Assembly: GCA_012295275.1 (NCBI GenBank)
Contig: CM022669.1
Coordinates: 17,918,001-17,982,000 of the forward strand
Direction: 5' to 3'
DNA: 64,000 nucleotides
From: Chrysomallon squamiferum
Lineage: Eukaryota > Animalia > Mollusca
In this document: piece after piece, positions 14,373-27,140 of the stretch
Numbering within the stretch: position 1 is the first letter of the stretch
Layout: the number at the start of each line of letters is the position of its first letter
Program-made: the position numbers and the translations under genes
The notes under the pieces: model-generated
What the model was told of the DNA's origin: nothing
The model's database searches: none
Seen by the model: only the letters and a program-made list of their open reading frames with translations

Positions 14373-14756
14373 GTATTATTTCTTTTATTTAAAAAAATGT
14401 AATTTGAAATGCATTAAAATAGCTGACTTGTTTGATTATGTAATCAAAACATGTTAACTGTTATGTAAATACATATTATAATTTTATCACATATTAAATT
14501 AACATATACATATTGATGTTAAGCACTAGATTTATTGATGAATATGTATTACAATCTGGATATATCTGTGTACCTGTTTATTAATGTAATATATACATAT
14601 TGCTGTTTTAGTCTGATTAAAGAAGACACTAATTAATAAAGTTGTCTCGCTTGTCATAATGTACAAAAAGAATTACCACTATCTTTGATACAATTAATTT
14701 ATGATTTAATTAGATCCAGGTGTAATTAATTAAATGTTTGTTCATTATCTTTTCAG

Positions 14757-14867
14757 CACCTTTGGATTATAAGAAGATGTACCTGTTTTTGTACAACATG
14801 TTTCAGTTCATTGGTTACTCTTACATAGTTTTTGTTCTTCAGTACAGATTTTACAAATTTGGTGAAG
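14757..14867 (+). CDS. HACD3: HACD3 exon 5
   Basis: tttcag|(A)PLDYKKMYLFLYNMFQFIGYSYIVFVLQYRFYKFGE|gtaatt; the YL.LYN motif marks PTPLA TM1. Confidence 0.93.
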
Positions 14868-15048
14868 GTAATTTTCCTATTTTTTTATCCTTTAAGTAAT
14901 TTTCATTATTTTTTAGTTAAAATCTAATCAAGAAGATATTTGCACCATGTTTAGCAAGCACTTACAGACATACACACATATGCACATGTTTATGAAAATT
15001 TCATTTAAGAACATTGATTGCTCAACTGTACTGTTGTTGTATTTGTAG

Positions 15049-15176
15049 ATGACAAGCACACTGCATTTGACACTGTTGGTTCACAGATGATGGTGTGTCA
15101 GTGTGTAGCGATGTTGGAGATAGTGCATCCCTTGTTAGGCCTTGTGAAGACAGGTGTGTTAGCACCTCTAGCACAG
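15049..15176 (+). CDS. HACD3: HACD3 exon 6
   Basis: tgtag|(D)DKHTAFDTVGSQMMVCQCVAMLEIVHPLLGLVKTGVLAPLAQ|gtaaat. Confidence 0.93.
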
Positions 15177-15339
15177 GTAAATCTTTTATCTTTTTTATTG
15201 TCTTTTTGTTTTTTCTCCATAATCGTTTTAAACCTTTAATTATTCTTATGTGAATATGTTTAATAATGGTTTGCATACTTTTGACATGTTTAATTATATC
15301 TTATTTATCAATCTTTCAGGGACATTCAAAATATTTTTC

Positions 15340-15706
15340 ATAGTTTCATTCATTTTAAAAACACTTTTAATTTGTTTCAGGTTTTTTAAAAATATTTTTT
15401 GTATGCTTCTAGTAAAAAAAAATATTCTAGATATGTTTCAAGTACTTTAAAAATAGTTTTCATACATTTCAGATATTTTAAAAATTAGTTTTCATGTTTC
15501 AGATATTTAAAAAAATAGTTTTCTCATGTTTCAAGTACTTTAAACATATTTTTTTATACATTTCGTATGTCTCAGGTATTTTAAAAATATTTTTCTATAT
15601 TTTTGAAGTATTTTAAAAATATTTTTTTATATTTTTGAAGTATTTTAAAAATACTTTTTAAAAATATTTTTCAGGTATTTTAAAAATACATTTTCATGTT
15701 TTTCAG
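15340..15706. repeat. Degenerate ~30-bp minisatellite in HACD3 intron 6
   Basis: Recurrent TTTTCATGTTTCAGGTATTTTAAAAATAT-like units. Confidence 0.7.
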
Positions 15707-15819
15707 GTGCTTGGTAGAAACTTTATACTGTTTGTGCTGCTTCTGAATGAACCAAGACTGCACACTGCTCCGGCTGTTTGGTATTTATTTGTTGTCTGGT
15801 GTGCAGTAGAAATAGTTAG
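15707..15819 (+). CDS. HACD3: HACD3 exon 7
   Basis: tttcag|VLGRNFILFVLLLNEPRLHTAPAVWYLFVVWCAVEIV(R)|gtgagt. Confidence 0.93.
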
Positions 15820-16241
15820 GTGAGTAGTACACGCATTGTATACACATCAGCAATTTTATCAGATCCCATTGTAGTTCTTATATCTTATCATTATCATCAT
15901 AGTCGTAATTGTTTTACTAATCTATTATATTTGTTGTCAATATTACTATTAGTAATATTAGTAATATTGTAATTATTGTTATTGTTGTTGTTGTTTTCAT
16001 TATTATTATTTCTAATAATATTAATTTTTTTATATATTAAATGTTGAATAATAAATACAGATGTCATTAATTCATTTTGTCATTTCTGTATCTTTGTTTT
16101 GATAGATTTTACATATAATAAAATACATTACATGTTGTGGGACATTGTCCTTTTTTTATTAAGATGTCATATTAATAGTATACAAAAAAAATAAAATGAA
16201 ACAAGCAAAATCATATCCTCAGTCTGTCAGGACTTTTTGAC

Positions 16242-16295
<54 letters not shown>

Positions 16296-16314
16296 AGATG
16301 TTTTATATTTTCAG

Positions 16315-16421
16315 ATATCCATTCTACATATTGAACACATTAGGAAAAGAAATAGATTTTGTCACTTGGCTTAGATATACAGTATGGATACCTCTGTATC
16401 CACTGGGCTTTCTCTTAGAAG
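16315..16421 (+). CDS. HACD3: HACD3 exon 8 (catalytic motif)
   Basis: ttcag|YPFYILNTLGKEIDFVTWLRYTVWIPLYPLGFLLE|gtaat. Confidence 0.95.
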
Positions 16422-17213
16422 GTAATACACTTTATTAATAATCATTTTCCATTTTTAAAATATAATAAAATTTGCCATTAGTAACTTTATAATGAAAACT
16501 ACATTAATTATAAATCTGTATTTATTATGATGGCTGGATCTAAGATGTCACAGAAATGGATATAAATAAAAGAAAAAAAAGAAAGAAAATAGTAAAATAT
16601 ATGTTCCCTAGTGCATTCAGATGAGACAAACAAAATATTGTTTATAAATTCTGAACGTAAGCATCAAAAATGAATAGGTATATAAAAAAAAAAAAAAAAA
16701 AAAAAAGGAAAAGAAATTGATTTAATAATGATGTAATATTACAAGCTAAATAAGATTTATGATAATTTATGTTAATTTATCAGTGTTACATAGTACAGCA
16801 GTTTGTTAGAACTACAAATCTAATGTTCAGACTGGGTCTTCAAAAAAAAAAAAAAAAAAAAAAAATCTCAAAAACACAACCCCAATATTATAAAAGTTTT
16901 TTTTAAAAAAAACCTAAATATTACTAATAAGAGCAGAAAGTATGTTTTTCATATATGTAATTTTTCTAATTAAAATCAGAATAATTTTCAGTTTTATTTC
17001 TGATAATTATTTTTTATTTTATTCACTAAGTATAAGGTTTTTTTATTATTATTAATTGATTTAAAACATTACTTTAAAAAGTTTTTATTTATATGCTGTT
17101 TATTTTATGTCCTGAAATGATAACATTCTCTTCTCTAGTTAAATTAACAAAATCTGTTTCATTTTTTCTAATTTTTTTTTAACTGTATTTTAATTTTTTT
17201 TTTTATTTTACAG

Positions 17214-17345
17214 GTACCATTGTTATCATGTCAATCCCATTGTTCTCTCAGACTGAGAAGTTTTCACTCTATTTACCAAATTCAACTAATTTTGCATTCT
17301 ACTTTCCATGGCTGCTTCATGTTTATCTCGTCTTGTTAGCAGTTG
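17214..17345 (+). CDS. HACD3: HACD3 exon 9
   Basis: ttacag|(G)TIVIMSIPLFSQTEKFSLYLPNSTNFAFYFPWLLHVYLVLLAV|gtatg. Confidence 0.92.
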
Positions 17346-17869
17346 GTATGTGGTGCTTTGTTTTATTCTATTCTGTTTTTTTGATTTTTAGTGTCTTGTT
17401 TTAATTTTAAATTTTGTTTTTATTTCACAGTATTTTTAATATTTTTTATTTACTTTTTTATGTTATATTTTTATTTTTTATTTTTTTTGTTATTTTATTA
17501 AGATTAAATAAAATACAATAGTTTAAGTATTACTTGTTTTATTTTTTTTTGCGATTAGGGAAATATAAATAAAGAAAGAAATAGAAAGGAAAAAAGAAAG
17601 AAAAAAAAAGAAAAGAAATGACTATTTCCACTGGATTTCATTTAACAACATTAACAAAAAACTGTTCACTTATTTATTTTTATTAGTATTGTAATTATTA
17701 TTAAAAATAAGTTATTTATTATGTTTACTTAATTAATTTATCAACATTTCTATTTCATTCAGTGTTATTTTATATATCAGGATTTTTTTTTTTTTTTTTT
17801 TTTCTATTTATTTTATTTCAATTTATTTTTTTACATTTATTCTAATTATTTGTTTATTTTATTTTTCAG

Positions 17870-17949
17870 CGGCATACAAAATGATGAACTACATGTACTT
17901 GCAGAGAAAGAAAAGGCTGGGGATTGGGGAGAAAAAGAAAATAAGATAA
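17870..17949 (+). CDS. HACD3: HACD3 exon 10 (stop)
   Basis: tttcag|(A)AYKMMNYMYLQRKKRLGIGEKKKIR*; conserved M..QRK motif and a KKxx end. Confidence 0.93.
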
Positions 17950-20409
17950 ACTTGATGCAAAACCAAAAGCAATTCAGACATTTACTCCATGTGTTTCATA
18001 TCCATCACTGCAGCTTCAGTTACTTATCTTTTCTCAGTACTGTATTGTTGTGAAGTAAGAATCATTTGATTATTTCATTGTGTATTTATTATTTACCTCA
18101 TTTTATGGGCTCAGTGAATGCAGTTGTTTGTTTTTTTATTATTATTTTTGTTTTGTTATTATTTGATTTGATTTGATTTTCTTTTTTTTGTATTGTTATT
18201 GTTAATGGTTTTTCACCTAGCTATCAGTGCATGAAATTTTAACATTTTCCTTATCATGTGAAATAATTCCTTGTTGTTATTATTGTTTACATGTATTTTT
18301 ATATTTTTCCTGTATGAAAACAGAAATTAAATAATAATAAAAAAAATTATGGCAAAAAAAACCAACAAAAAAAAATGAATGAAGAAAAAGGCAATTACAA
18401 TGTGAAAAAAAACCAACCAACATAAACTTTTATAACAAAACATCTGTTATTTTATATTTTTAATGCCCGTACATCTCATTCATGTTTTCTCTCATCTTGA
18501 ATTTATTTGCGTTCAGTTAATACATGGTACGTGCTGACTTATATGAAAAAACTGAGTCACCCGTAATTCTGGAATAATTATTGATGCATTTAAAACCTTT
18601 ATTCACATTACTCACTTCGCTTGAGCATCTAGTCTTACATTTGTGTCAGGAATGAAGTTGTGCAGTATTTGGCAGAAGATCAGGTCTTTACCTCAGGCCT
18701 TGGTATCAGCCCTTCTAGGTGCTCTATCTTGATTATTACCTTTTTCAACCAGTGCTCTACAAAAATGCTTAATATATGCTTTCCTGTCAGTGGGTATATA
18801 TTTATAAAAAGAATCCATTTGCTGTTAATCACTAAAGATAGCCTGTAAGTAACATTTTTTGAAACTGTACAGAAATACATGATTAATAATTACTAAAAAA
18901 AATGGGTTGAAGTATTGCTGAAAACTTTTTAACTTTTATACTAAACAGTTTCTAAGATAAAAAATATTTACATTGGGTTTTATATTGTTTTCTGTAATTC
19001 CAGTTTTAGTGGATATACAGTTTTTTTTCATATAATTATTATGTGTAGAAAGTGTTTTTAATTTTTACTAGAGTCTGGTTCGAAAGACTGGTTCTTGATG
19101 TTGTCAATGATAAATATTGGGTTCTGTTAATTTTCCCACCAGTCACAATAGCAATAGAAAAAAATAAATCATTCATTGTGTTGTTATATACAAAATTTAG
19201 TTGTAGAAATCCATTTTTTGTAACACAGTTTGGTATTGTGAGAAAATGTTTTCATGTATAAATTATTTTGCATTAATGTACTAGAGTCTCTAGGTAAAGG
19301 AATTAAAAATGATAAATTTTAACATTTCAGTGTAGAAGTGTATTTTTCAGTGCTTATAATAAAAAAATTATAATATGGTGCATTAGATTGGGAAAATAAT
19401 ATACAATTTTTATTTCTTTTATTACTGTCATTTTGAACTGTTATATTTTAAAAATAACAATGAGATGATAAAAAACAGTGCATTAAAAAAAATAATAATA
19501 ATAAAAATAAAGATTTCAATGAAAAATTATTACTGATAAAGATCCACAGTCAAGACTTTAGTAATAAATTGTTCATATGCTTCTTATATTACTTGTTTGC
19601 TGTATAATATTTTCTTGTGTATTGTCAGACATACATTCATTCTTTGTTTGCACCACAATATAAAATGCAAAATTTTTAAGGTTTAAATTTTAATAACGAA
19701 AAAAGTGAGAATTTTATTCAGACACTGATGGTATAAAATATATCTCAGTATTTTTTTCTGTATGTGTGAATTACTCTGTTTAAGTCAGTATAAGTGAGAT
19801 TTGTTGATGACACTGACAAAATTTGTGATGTTGATGAATGATTGTAATTTATTATAAAAATTATGTACCTGAAAACATTTTGAGTTTGTTTTGTTTGTTG
19901 AATTTCAGACATTTTCTTTTCCAAAGACACAAAATAAAAAAATAAAAAAAGAAAGAAGTAGAAGAAGAAAATAATTATAATATAAATTAAAAATCTGCAT
20001 CATAATCTTTATTTAAGAAACTCAAATTTGACAGAAACTGAAAGTGTTCTATATTATAATAAATATATTTTCAGTTAATAGTTCTGTTAAAACATTAAAA
20101 GAAGAATATCATAAGTGCAAATTGCCTATTCAAACTGAGTCGCCGTTTTACCATTCTGTTGACGTATCATGCAAAGAATGTATTGATCATGTGACATGTT
20201 TACATGGGAACGTCCCTATACATATATGTTTTGAAGAAAAAAGAGTTTATTGTTTTTCAGTGAAAAACATTTTTAATTGTAGAAGTTTCATTTTCACATA
20301 TATTTATTCTTAAATGCATTTGTAATTCTTCAACTGACTCCCAGACTGATTGTTTCTTGTAAGGTAATAATTATTAGCATGGGTAAATGTTCATATGCAC
20401 ATGCACATG

Positions 20410-20440
<31 letters not shown>

Positions 20441-20487
20441 GCACTCAGAGACACAGATACACAAAACATACATTTTTAAATTTATTT

Positions 20488-20538
<51 letters not shown>

Positions 20539-21397
20539 TTTTATTTTATTTTATTTTACTTTATTTTCTGATTTTCAGCTATAAAATGCACTGAATATTT
20601 TTATTTGTCATCGTCATTACTATATAACTTTTTGTTGTTTTTTAACAAACACATTTGATCATTAACCGTAGTTCAGGTTTTATATATATTTTTATATATA
20701 TATCACTCAATGTTAACTGTGTCACAACTAGAAGAGTGATATAATTTCATAGGTGATTTCTAAATAATGAATCTTACAGGTTAGTAAATGCTAATTTATG
20801 TTCTGAAATGTTCTGAAATGTTATGAAATGTTATGAAAGGAAAACCTAACAAATCCGACAGTTTTTATTTTTGTTTTTTTTAGACAACATAGATCATCAG
20901 TGTTCATCTCTGGCACTGAAAAGAAAAACACATAAAAAACTATTAGCTGCCATCCAAAAGATTTTTAAAAAAAATAAAAAAACAAACACAAAATAATATA
21001 TTATACTTGTTCCATTTATTTATTTATTTAATATATTTTTAATATCAGTATCAATAATAATAATGATACTAATAATATTAAAAATTAGTAAAGTTCGACT
21101 AACACATAAAATTAATTCCATTAACACATTCTTCATAAACAATTTTTTTTTTTTTTTTTTTTTTAATGTCACAAATCTATTACCTAAAGAATTTGTAAGT
21201 TTATAAACAGTTAGATGAAATGAACCCCAAACTGCAAAACATTCCATTAAAACCTCTTAAGACATCAGTCTCACTAAAACACAAAGTAAATTACCTAAGT
21301 CATCAATGTGTACAAGAATCTCACCTGTTTGTACCTGTTTTTATTACACCAGTCGTTACACCCTTGTTTTGTCACTAATCTGTACGTATTACAGAAA

Positions 21398-21399
<2 letters not shown>

Positions 21400-21483
<84 letters not shown>
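21400..21483. repeat. Compound (TG)n(AG)n microsatellite
   Basis: Directly visible. Confidence 0.95.
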
Positions 21484-21486
<3 letters not shown>

Positions 21487-22087
21487 AAATAGAAATTAAA
21501 AGAAGAATGTGAAAAAATAAGAGTTTAAGGAACTGCTTCTAAAAAGACTTAGTAAAATCATTAAAAATTGGGGAAAAAATTATAACTGATTTGCTGGTTT
21601 ACTGTTTTATTAAAGCAAAACTGAAAAATAGCCAGATTTTTTATTTTATTTTATTTTTTTTTTTCCAATTAAACGATATTATGAAAATTAGAGATACCAA
21701 AATACATAAAACAAAATTTTGAACTTATTATATGTTTATCCAGAATTCAAATGGGGAAGTAATTATCTCTTAATGTTTTTCTCTCGTATATTCATTCATT
21801 CATTCATTCATTCATTTGTTTTACTTATAATGCTAAAAGAAAAGGTCCAGTGATCAGCAGCTTTACAAACGAACTTTTCTCATTATTGCGTAATTACTCT
21901 TGTACTGGCACAGAAAAATAAAACTGTTAATTTTAGCGCGAAGCTATCTATAAATTGTATACTTAAAGTTAACTGTGTAAAACTGTGAATTTGAAAAATG
22001 ATCACGTTCGTACCTAATTATTCCATATAAATTAAATTTAAATTATAAGACCTTTACATGTTGTTACTGCGAAATCCCAGTTTAATG

Positions 22088-22205
22088 TAATTAATGTATA
22101 ATTCATTAAAAATAATATTAATTAATGTGTAATTCATGAAAAATAATATTAATTAATGTGTAATTCATGAAAAATAATATTAATTAATGTATAATTCATG
22201 AAAAA
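22088..22205. repeat. 31-bp tandem repeat, about 4 copies
   Basis: TAATTAATGTGTAATTCATGAAAAATAATAT units. Confidence 0.85.
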
Positions 22206-22339
22206 CGAAAAGGTATTACTTTTGACGGACTTTTTTTGTTTTTGTTTTTTGTTCTCATTTTATCTTATTTATTTATTTATTTATTTATTATTTATTAGTA
22301 TTATTATTATTTTAATTATTATATGTAGATGATTAGATA

Positions 22340-22370
<31 letters not shown>

Positions 22371-23044
22371 TGCTTCATTTCATTAAATGCGTCTTCTTTC
22401 ACAAAACGCTAAATACTCTACGTAAAGAAGAAAAAATAACGATTAAGAAATAATGGTTGAAATATCGTTGATTTTGTTTTTAATTATTAGACGTTTTTAC
22501 TGAATAAGCAAAGAGAAAAACAATACTGTATTTAATACTAAATATAAATATAAGACTTTAAATGCAAAGTTTACATAAATTTTACTTTTTCGTATTAACG
22601 CTAAAAAAAAGTTCATTTTACGTTAAAAAATAAATTATTTTATTTATATTTTTATTCTTATTTTTATTATTGTTGTTGTTATTACTATTATTATTATTAT
22701 TACTATTACTACTTTAATTATTTATTGTTATTAATTTTATTTATTTTCAAAAATGTTCCTAGTTATTTTTATAAAAACTTATATTATATTTAATAATAAT
22801 TATTAGTAGAAATAATATTATTAGTAGAAGTAATATTACTAGTAGCAGTAGTAGTAGTATTTTGTGCTATTCTGAAAAACGTTTCAAAAATGTTAATATT
22901 ATTTTGTTTTTGGTAATTCATGAAGCAATAACCGAAAATTTGATAAGCGTATTAGTTAAAAAGAATTCAAAAACAGATTAAAAAAATTTAGGCTTCAGAT
23001 GGTTTCTTGCATGATAACACTACTGATTTTAGTTTACCGCGCTA

Positions 23045-23332
23045 ACATCCACTTTTTATAAAATGTATCACTAAGCTATCAAGAGGGTATCATTTTAACC
23101 TAAAGTAATAAAAGAAAACCATTCAAAACAAAACAAAATTAAATTACGTTAAATTAAATTAAATTAAAATTAATAATAAAAATAAATAAATAAATGCTAT
23201 AATAAATTAAAATATAATAATTCAATAATAAAAATGATTATACTAAAATGAAAGTTTAACCAGTATGTATTGCACATGTTTGTATGTGTGTTTTATTTTA
23301 TTTTTTTTTTTTTTTTTTATTATTATTATTAT

Positions 23333-23371
<39 letters not shown>

Positions 23372-23634
23372 TATTAATGTCTGATTTTATTTTATCGTGC
23401 TAAAAATCCACTTTTTATCAAATATGTCACTAAACTATAAAGAGGGTATCACTTCCAGTTAATTAATTAAAATAAATTAAAATAAAATAATAAAAGGAAA
23501 CAATTCAAAATAAAATAAAATAAAAAATAAAATAAAATAAAATAAAATAAAATTAATAATAAAATAAAATTAATAATAAAATAAAATAATAATTTAATAA
23601 TAAAAATGATTATACTAAAATAAAAGTATTGTGC

Positions 23635-23650
<16 letters not shown>
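23045..23650. repeat. Diverged tandem duplication, period ~360 bp
   Basis: ATCCACTTTTTAT..CACTAA.CTAT.AAGAGGGTATCA at ~23047 and ~23406; AATAATAAAAATGATTATACTAAAAT at ~23224 and ~23596. Confidence 0.75.
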
Positions 23651-23675
<25 letters not shown>

Positions 23676-24625
23676 ATTTATTTATCTATTTATTTATTTA
23701 TTATTTGTTTGTTTGTAATATTATTAATGTCTTTTTCAGGACCAGCAGGTATGTTGTTGGTCGACAGACATATACTAAACAAAACACATGTCTTTATTTA
23801 TGTTCGCGGGCGTGCGTGCTTGGGTGCGTGAGTGCACAAACATGTCAATTTAAGAATTTATATTTCATTCGAAAATTGTATTTTTTCAAATAGCAACAAC
23901 TTCTATGAAAAATAAATGAATAAATAAATAAGCAAAAACAATACCAGTAATAATAATAATAATAATGATGATGATAATATAATTATTATTATTATATAAT
24001 TAAATTAATAATATAATAATAATAATAATGATAATATAATAATAATAATAATATATTATTATTATTATTATTATTATATAATTAAATAAATAATACAAAA
24101 ATAATTAATATTCATGATGATGATGATAATAATAAATAAATAAATACACTATACCATTAATTTATTCACCGAAGAAAAATAACACAGTAGTCAGTTTACG
24201 TGCATTAAATATTTATTGACAGTTGTGAATTATACATATATTCCAACTGCAGTAATGACCATATTATTCCACTTCATGAAATAAAGAAAGAGTTTTCTCA
24301 GTTCCTTAAAAAAAATAAAAAGGCGATAACGTCAATTATTATGGTATCAATCACAGACCTCTTTCAATAATAATGTATATTTTTCTGAATTGTGTGATTT
24401 TAATTTTCTTTTTAAACTGGTTATATGAATTATCAATAATAATTTTACTGGGCTCCGAAATAAATACTCATAAAAGGTAAAATAAATATTTATAAAGTTA
24501 ATTAATATAACTCTTTTTAGTCATTGCATACGAAGAAAATGGGAACCTTGGATACACAATAACAGTACGTCATTTTTTAGATTACTCTTTCTCCATTTTT
24601 GGAAAATGTCTGTTTTCATTAAAGG

Positions 24626-26161
24626 CTAATGGTGTCGGTGATAGGGAGCGAACGTAAACCCTCCGACTGGATTGATAACGATGGGCTGTCGGCTAACACC
24701 GAACGGAGGAATAGTTGGAACGGCAAAAGCAGGGTGTTTCGTTGATTTCCTAGAACCACTGTTGTTTTCGTCTGGATGAGGACCGGCTGGAGGTATGGTT
24801 GGAATAGCAAACGTCGTTTGTTTAGTTCGATGACCGGAACCATTTGCATTATTAAATAAATAACCTCTCGTGAAAGAGGCTCCAGGAAACGGAAAACGAT
24901 TGGTCGTTTTCTTTGAGCCGGAACCGGAAGCTGACGAAACCGGAAGTACTTGTTTTATCAAATGGTCGACTTTGTCCTTTAGCTCTTTCAACTCCGAAGA
25001 GTACGAACTAGTTCCTGCTGCAGAATTTGTCAGAGCTTCTAATTTCGTAATCTGGTCCTTAGACAGTGATCCAACACTGTTTTCCATTTGAGAAATCTTT
25101 GCTGTTTGTTCGCTGAGCGTGTTCAATATCGAGCTTGTCTGTGTTGTCAGAGCATTAATCTGTGATCTCATGTTCTGCAGTTCGTTTTTCATTGCTTGGG
25201 AACCAGAAACACCAGCCGATCCAGGTGTAAAGGTTTGAACCATAGACTGTATGCTTTGGGTTTCTTTGTTCAAGTCACTGACTTCGGTTACCGTTTGTTT
25301 GAGTTCCTCTTGGGTCTTCTTTAAGCTCTGCGTTATATTAGCTACTACTCTGTCCGTATGGTTCTCTGTCAAATCAAGTCTTTTCGATAAATTCTGAGAT
25401 TCAGTTTTTAGAGTGTCCATTCCTGTTGAAAGTCCTTGTACAGATGTTTTTATTCCATTGATTTCTGCCTCGATATGTAAATCATCTTTTTCTTCATCCT
25501 TAAGGCTTGCTTCCAGTTGTCGAGCCAGATTTTCAACCTTTAATTCTAAATCGTTGTTGATTCCTTGTGGACTCATGGCTGCAGTGAGTCCTCTTGTAGA
25601 AGAAACTGTTTTCAGATCGTTGCCTAATTCATTAATTTTGTCCATGGCACGGTCAATGAGAGTGGCCTGTTTTTGGATTTCAGCTTCGATTGCTGCTTTG
25701 ACTTTAATGTTGCCAATGGAGGACGCTTTCACAACGCTCGATAGGTTAAATAATTTGTTTTCAATGTTGTACACAGACTGAACAAAATTATCTTTCGTGT
25801 CCATTATCATTTTCTGCAAAGCGGCTACTTCTTTGTTTCCCATACCGGAAGTCGCTTGCCCTGCGGAAGCGCCTGTCTGCTGCTGCACTTCCGACACCTG
25901 TTCAGTCAGTTTTGATATCAAAGAATCCATTTTGGCTAATTTCGTGTCTACGTGACTGTTTCTGGTCATATACTGGAAGCGACTTGCATCCATTTCGCTA
26001 ATGATCTGCGAAAGTTTGGCATTGATCTCTGGATCGCTGATTTGGCAGCTTCCAGAACTGTTTGGAACGGAAAAAGCGTATTTACACAGTTGTTCTGCAT
26101 TCACAAATCGACACATACACAATACAGTAATGTGCATAAAAGATAACAGTTTGGAATACAT
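24626..26161 (-). CDS. Intronless secreted coiled-coil protein (511 aa), paralog A; angiopoietin/olfactomedin-like N-terminal Cys motif and Pro/His-rich tail
   Basis: 1536-nt uninterrupted ORF from the first ATG at 26161 (the track's 26185 start is a TTG). It has a hydrophobic signal peptide MYSKLLSFMHITVLCMCRFVNA, then CKYAFSVPNSSGSC and long heptad-rich segments. Homology to the 32813 ORF is clear. There is a minus-strand AATAAA near 24212-24217. Confidence 0.9.
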   Translation of the reverse strand: MYSKLLSFMHITVLCMCRFVNAEQLCKYAFSVPNSSGSCQISDPEINAKLSQIISEMDASRFQYMTRNSHVDTKLAKMDSLISKLTEQVSEVQQQTGASAGQATSGMGNKEVAALQKMIMDTKDNFVQSVYNIENKLFNLSSVVKASSIGNIKVKAAIEAEIQKQATLIDRAMDKINELGNDLKTVSSTRGLTAAMSPQGINNDLELKVENLARQLEASLKDEEKDDLHIEAEINGIKTSVQGLSTGMDTLKTESQNLSKRLDLTENHTDRVVANITQSLKKTQEELKQTVTEVSDLNKETQSIQSMVQTFTPGSAGVSGSQAMKNELQNMRSQINALTTQTSSILNTLSEQTAKISQMENSVGSLSKDQITKLEALTNSAAGTSSYSSELKELKDKVDHLIKQVLPVSSASGSGSKKTTNRFPFPGASFTRGYLFNNANGSGHRTKQTTFAIPTIPPAGPHPDENNSGSRKSTKHPAFAVPTIPPFGVSRQPIVINPVGGFTFAPYHRHH

Positions 26162-26856
26162 TTCGAAAATTCTCGTGTACCACAAACGTGTTTTCAGACA
26201 AGCTGGCGTGTCCTGCTCGTAAAAAAAAAATGATGTCTTGAATAATGACTAAACTATTTATTGCTTCATTCGGGGGCCCAGTTAGGGTTGTAGCTGGCTG
26301 ACCAATACAGTTGCCGAAACAGCAGTATAAACATCGTTATTTGTATTTGGAATCTTTCTTTTCAACATGCAAGTAAATAACAAACTATATTAGCTTTACT
26401 TTTTGTTTTACTTTAAAGAACAAGTTTACATTTTAACAATAGTTCAAGCAGGTATAAATACATTGAGGTATTTATTCAAAGAAAAGTTGTAAGAGAGACA
26501 CCAGCTGGTAAATAGTTTGTTTTGACAAGAACACCTTTGCAAATAAGGCATTTGTATAAACAAAGGATCAAAACGGAATAAGTTTGCATCTTGGGCTTTG
26601 TCGCTGCTCTTAATCGTTCGTAAATCTTCGTCATCGTTCGTGGGTAATTAAGTAGATGTTCGCGTAATCTTGCATGACGTTGTAGTTTGACGAAAACGTG
26701 TTGGCGGTCGCAGACCTTTGTTTTGCATAAACTTTGCTGTTTGAGTTTTCCGGTGTTTTCATAGTTTTCACACTTCCAAAGAATGCCATGACGATGTGAG
26801 TTTGATAAACCTTCAACAAGGGTCAGAACGTACATTTTATTTCCAGTCTGGGGGGG

Positions 26857-26859
<3 letters not shown>

Positions 26860-26953
<94 letters not shown>

Positions 26954-27140
26954 TGGAGGGAGTTGGTCTACAGGTAATCATAGACTTACAATATTTAAAG
27001 TACTTGCACTACTTTTTCAATTAATTTTTCCACCATAGTTAGATATATATGGTCTAAATATAATCATAGACTTACAATATTTAATGTACTTACACTACTT
27101 TTTCAATTAATTTTTCCACCACAGTTAGATATATATGCAT
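26860..27140. repeat. (AG)n microsatellite followed by an ~86-bp direct duplication
   Basis: (AG)n 26860-26951; TAATCATAGACTTACAATATTTAA...TTTTTCCACCA.AGTTAGATATATATG at ~26975 and ~27061. Confidence 0.85.

Larger units (their letters stand above)
12107..17949 (+). other. HACD3: Gene span: very-long-chain 3-hydroxyacyl-CoA dehydratase 3 (PTPLAD1/B-ind1), 10 coding exons, 369 aa
   Basis: Ten GT-AG exons join in frame to 1110 nt. The protein has an N-terminal CS/p23-like domain (SPFVFWGQ...WPRLT...WLKIDFDK), a PTPLA membrane domain with RYT..IPLYPLG...E (catalytic Tyr/Glu spacing as in yeast Phs1), and a C-terminal KKIR dilysine ER signal. Confidence 0.95.

Noticed and set aside
26162-26185. 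ORF-track N-terminal extension MWYTRIFE of paralog A
   Set aside because: It starts at TTG. The first ATG at 26161 begins the signal peptide directly.
24619-26222. Antisense and alternate-frame ORFs over paralogs A and B, and over the ADGRV1 exons
   Set aside because: They are shadows of real coding sequence with no independent features.
26476-26835. 119-aa minus-strand ORF upstream of paralog A
   Set aside because: No recognisable domain, signal peptide or homology to the pair; more likely CpG-rich regulatory or transposon-derived DNA.
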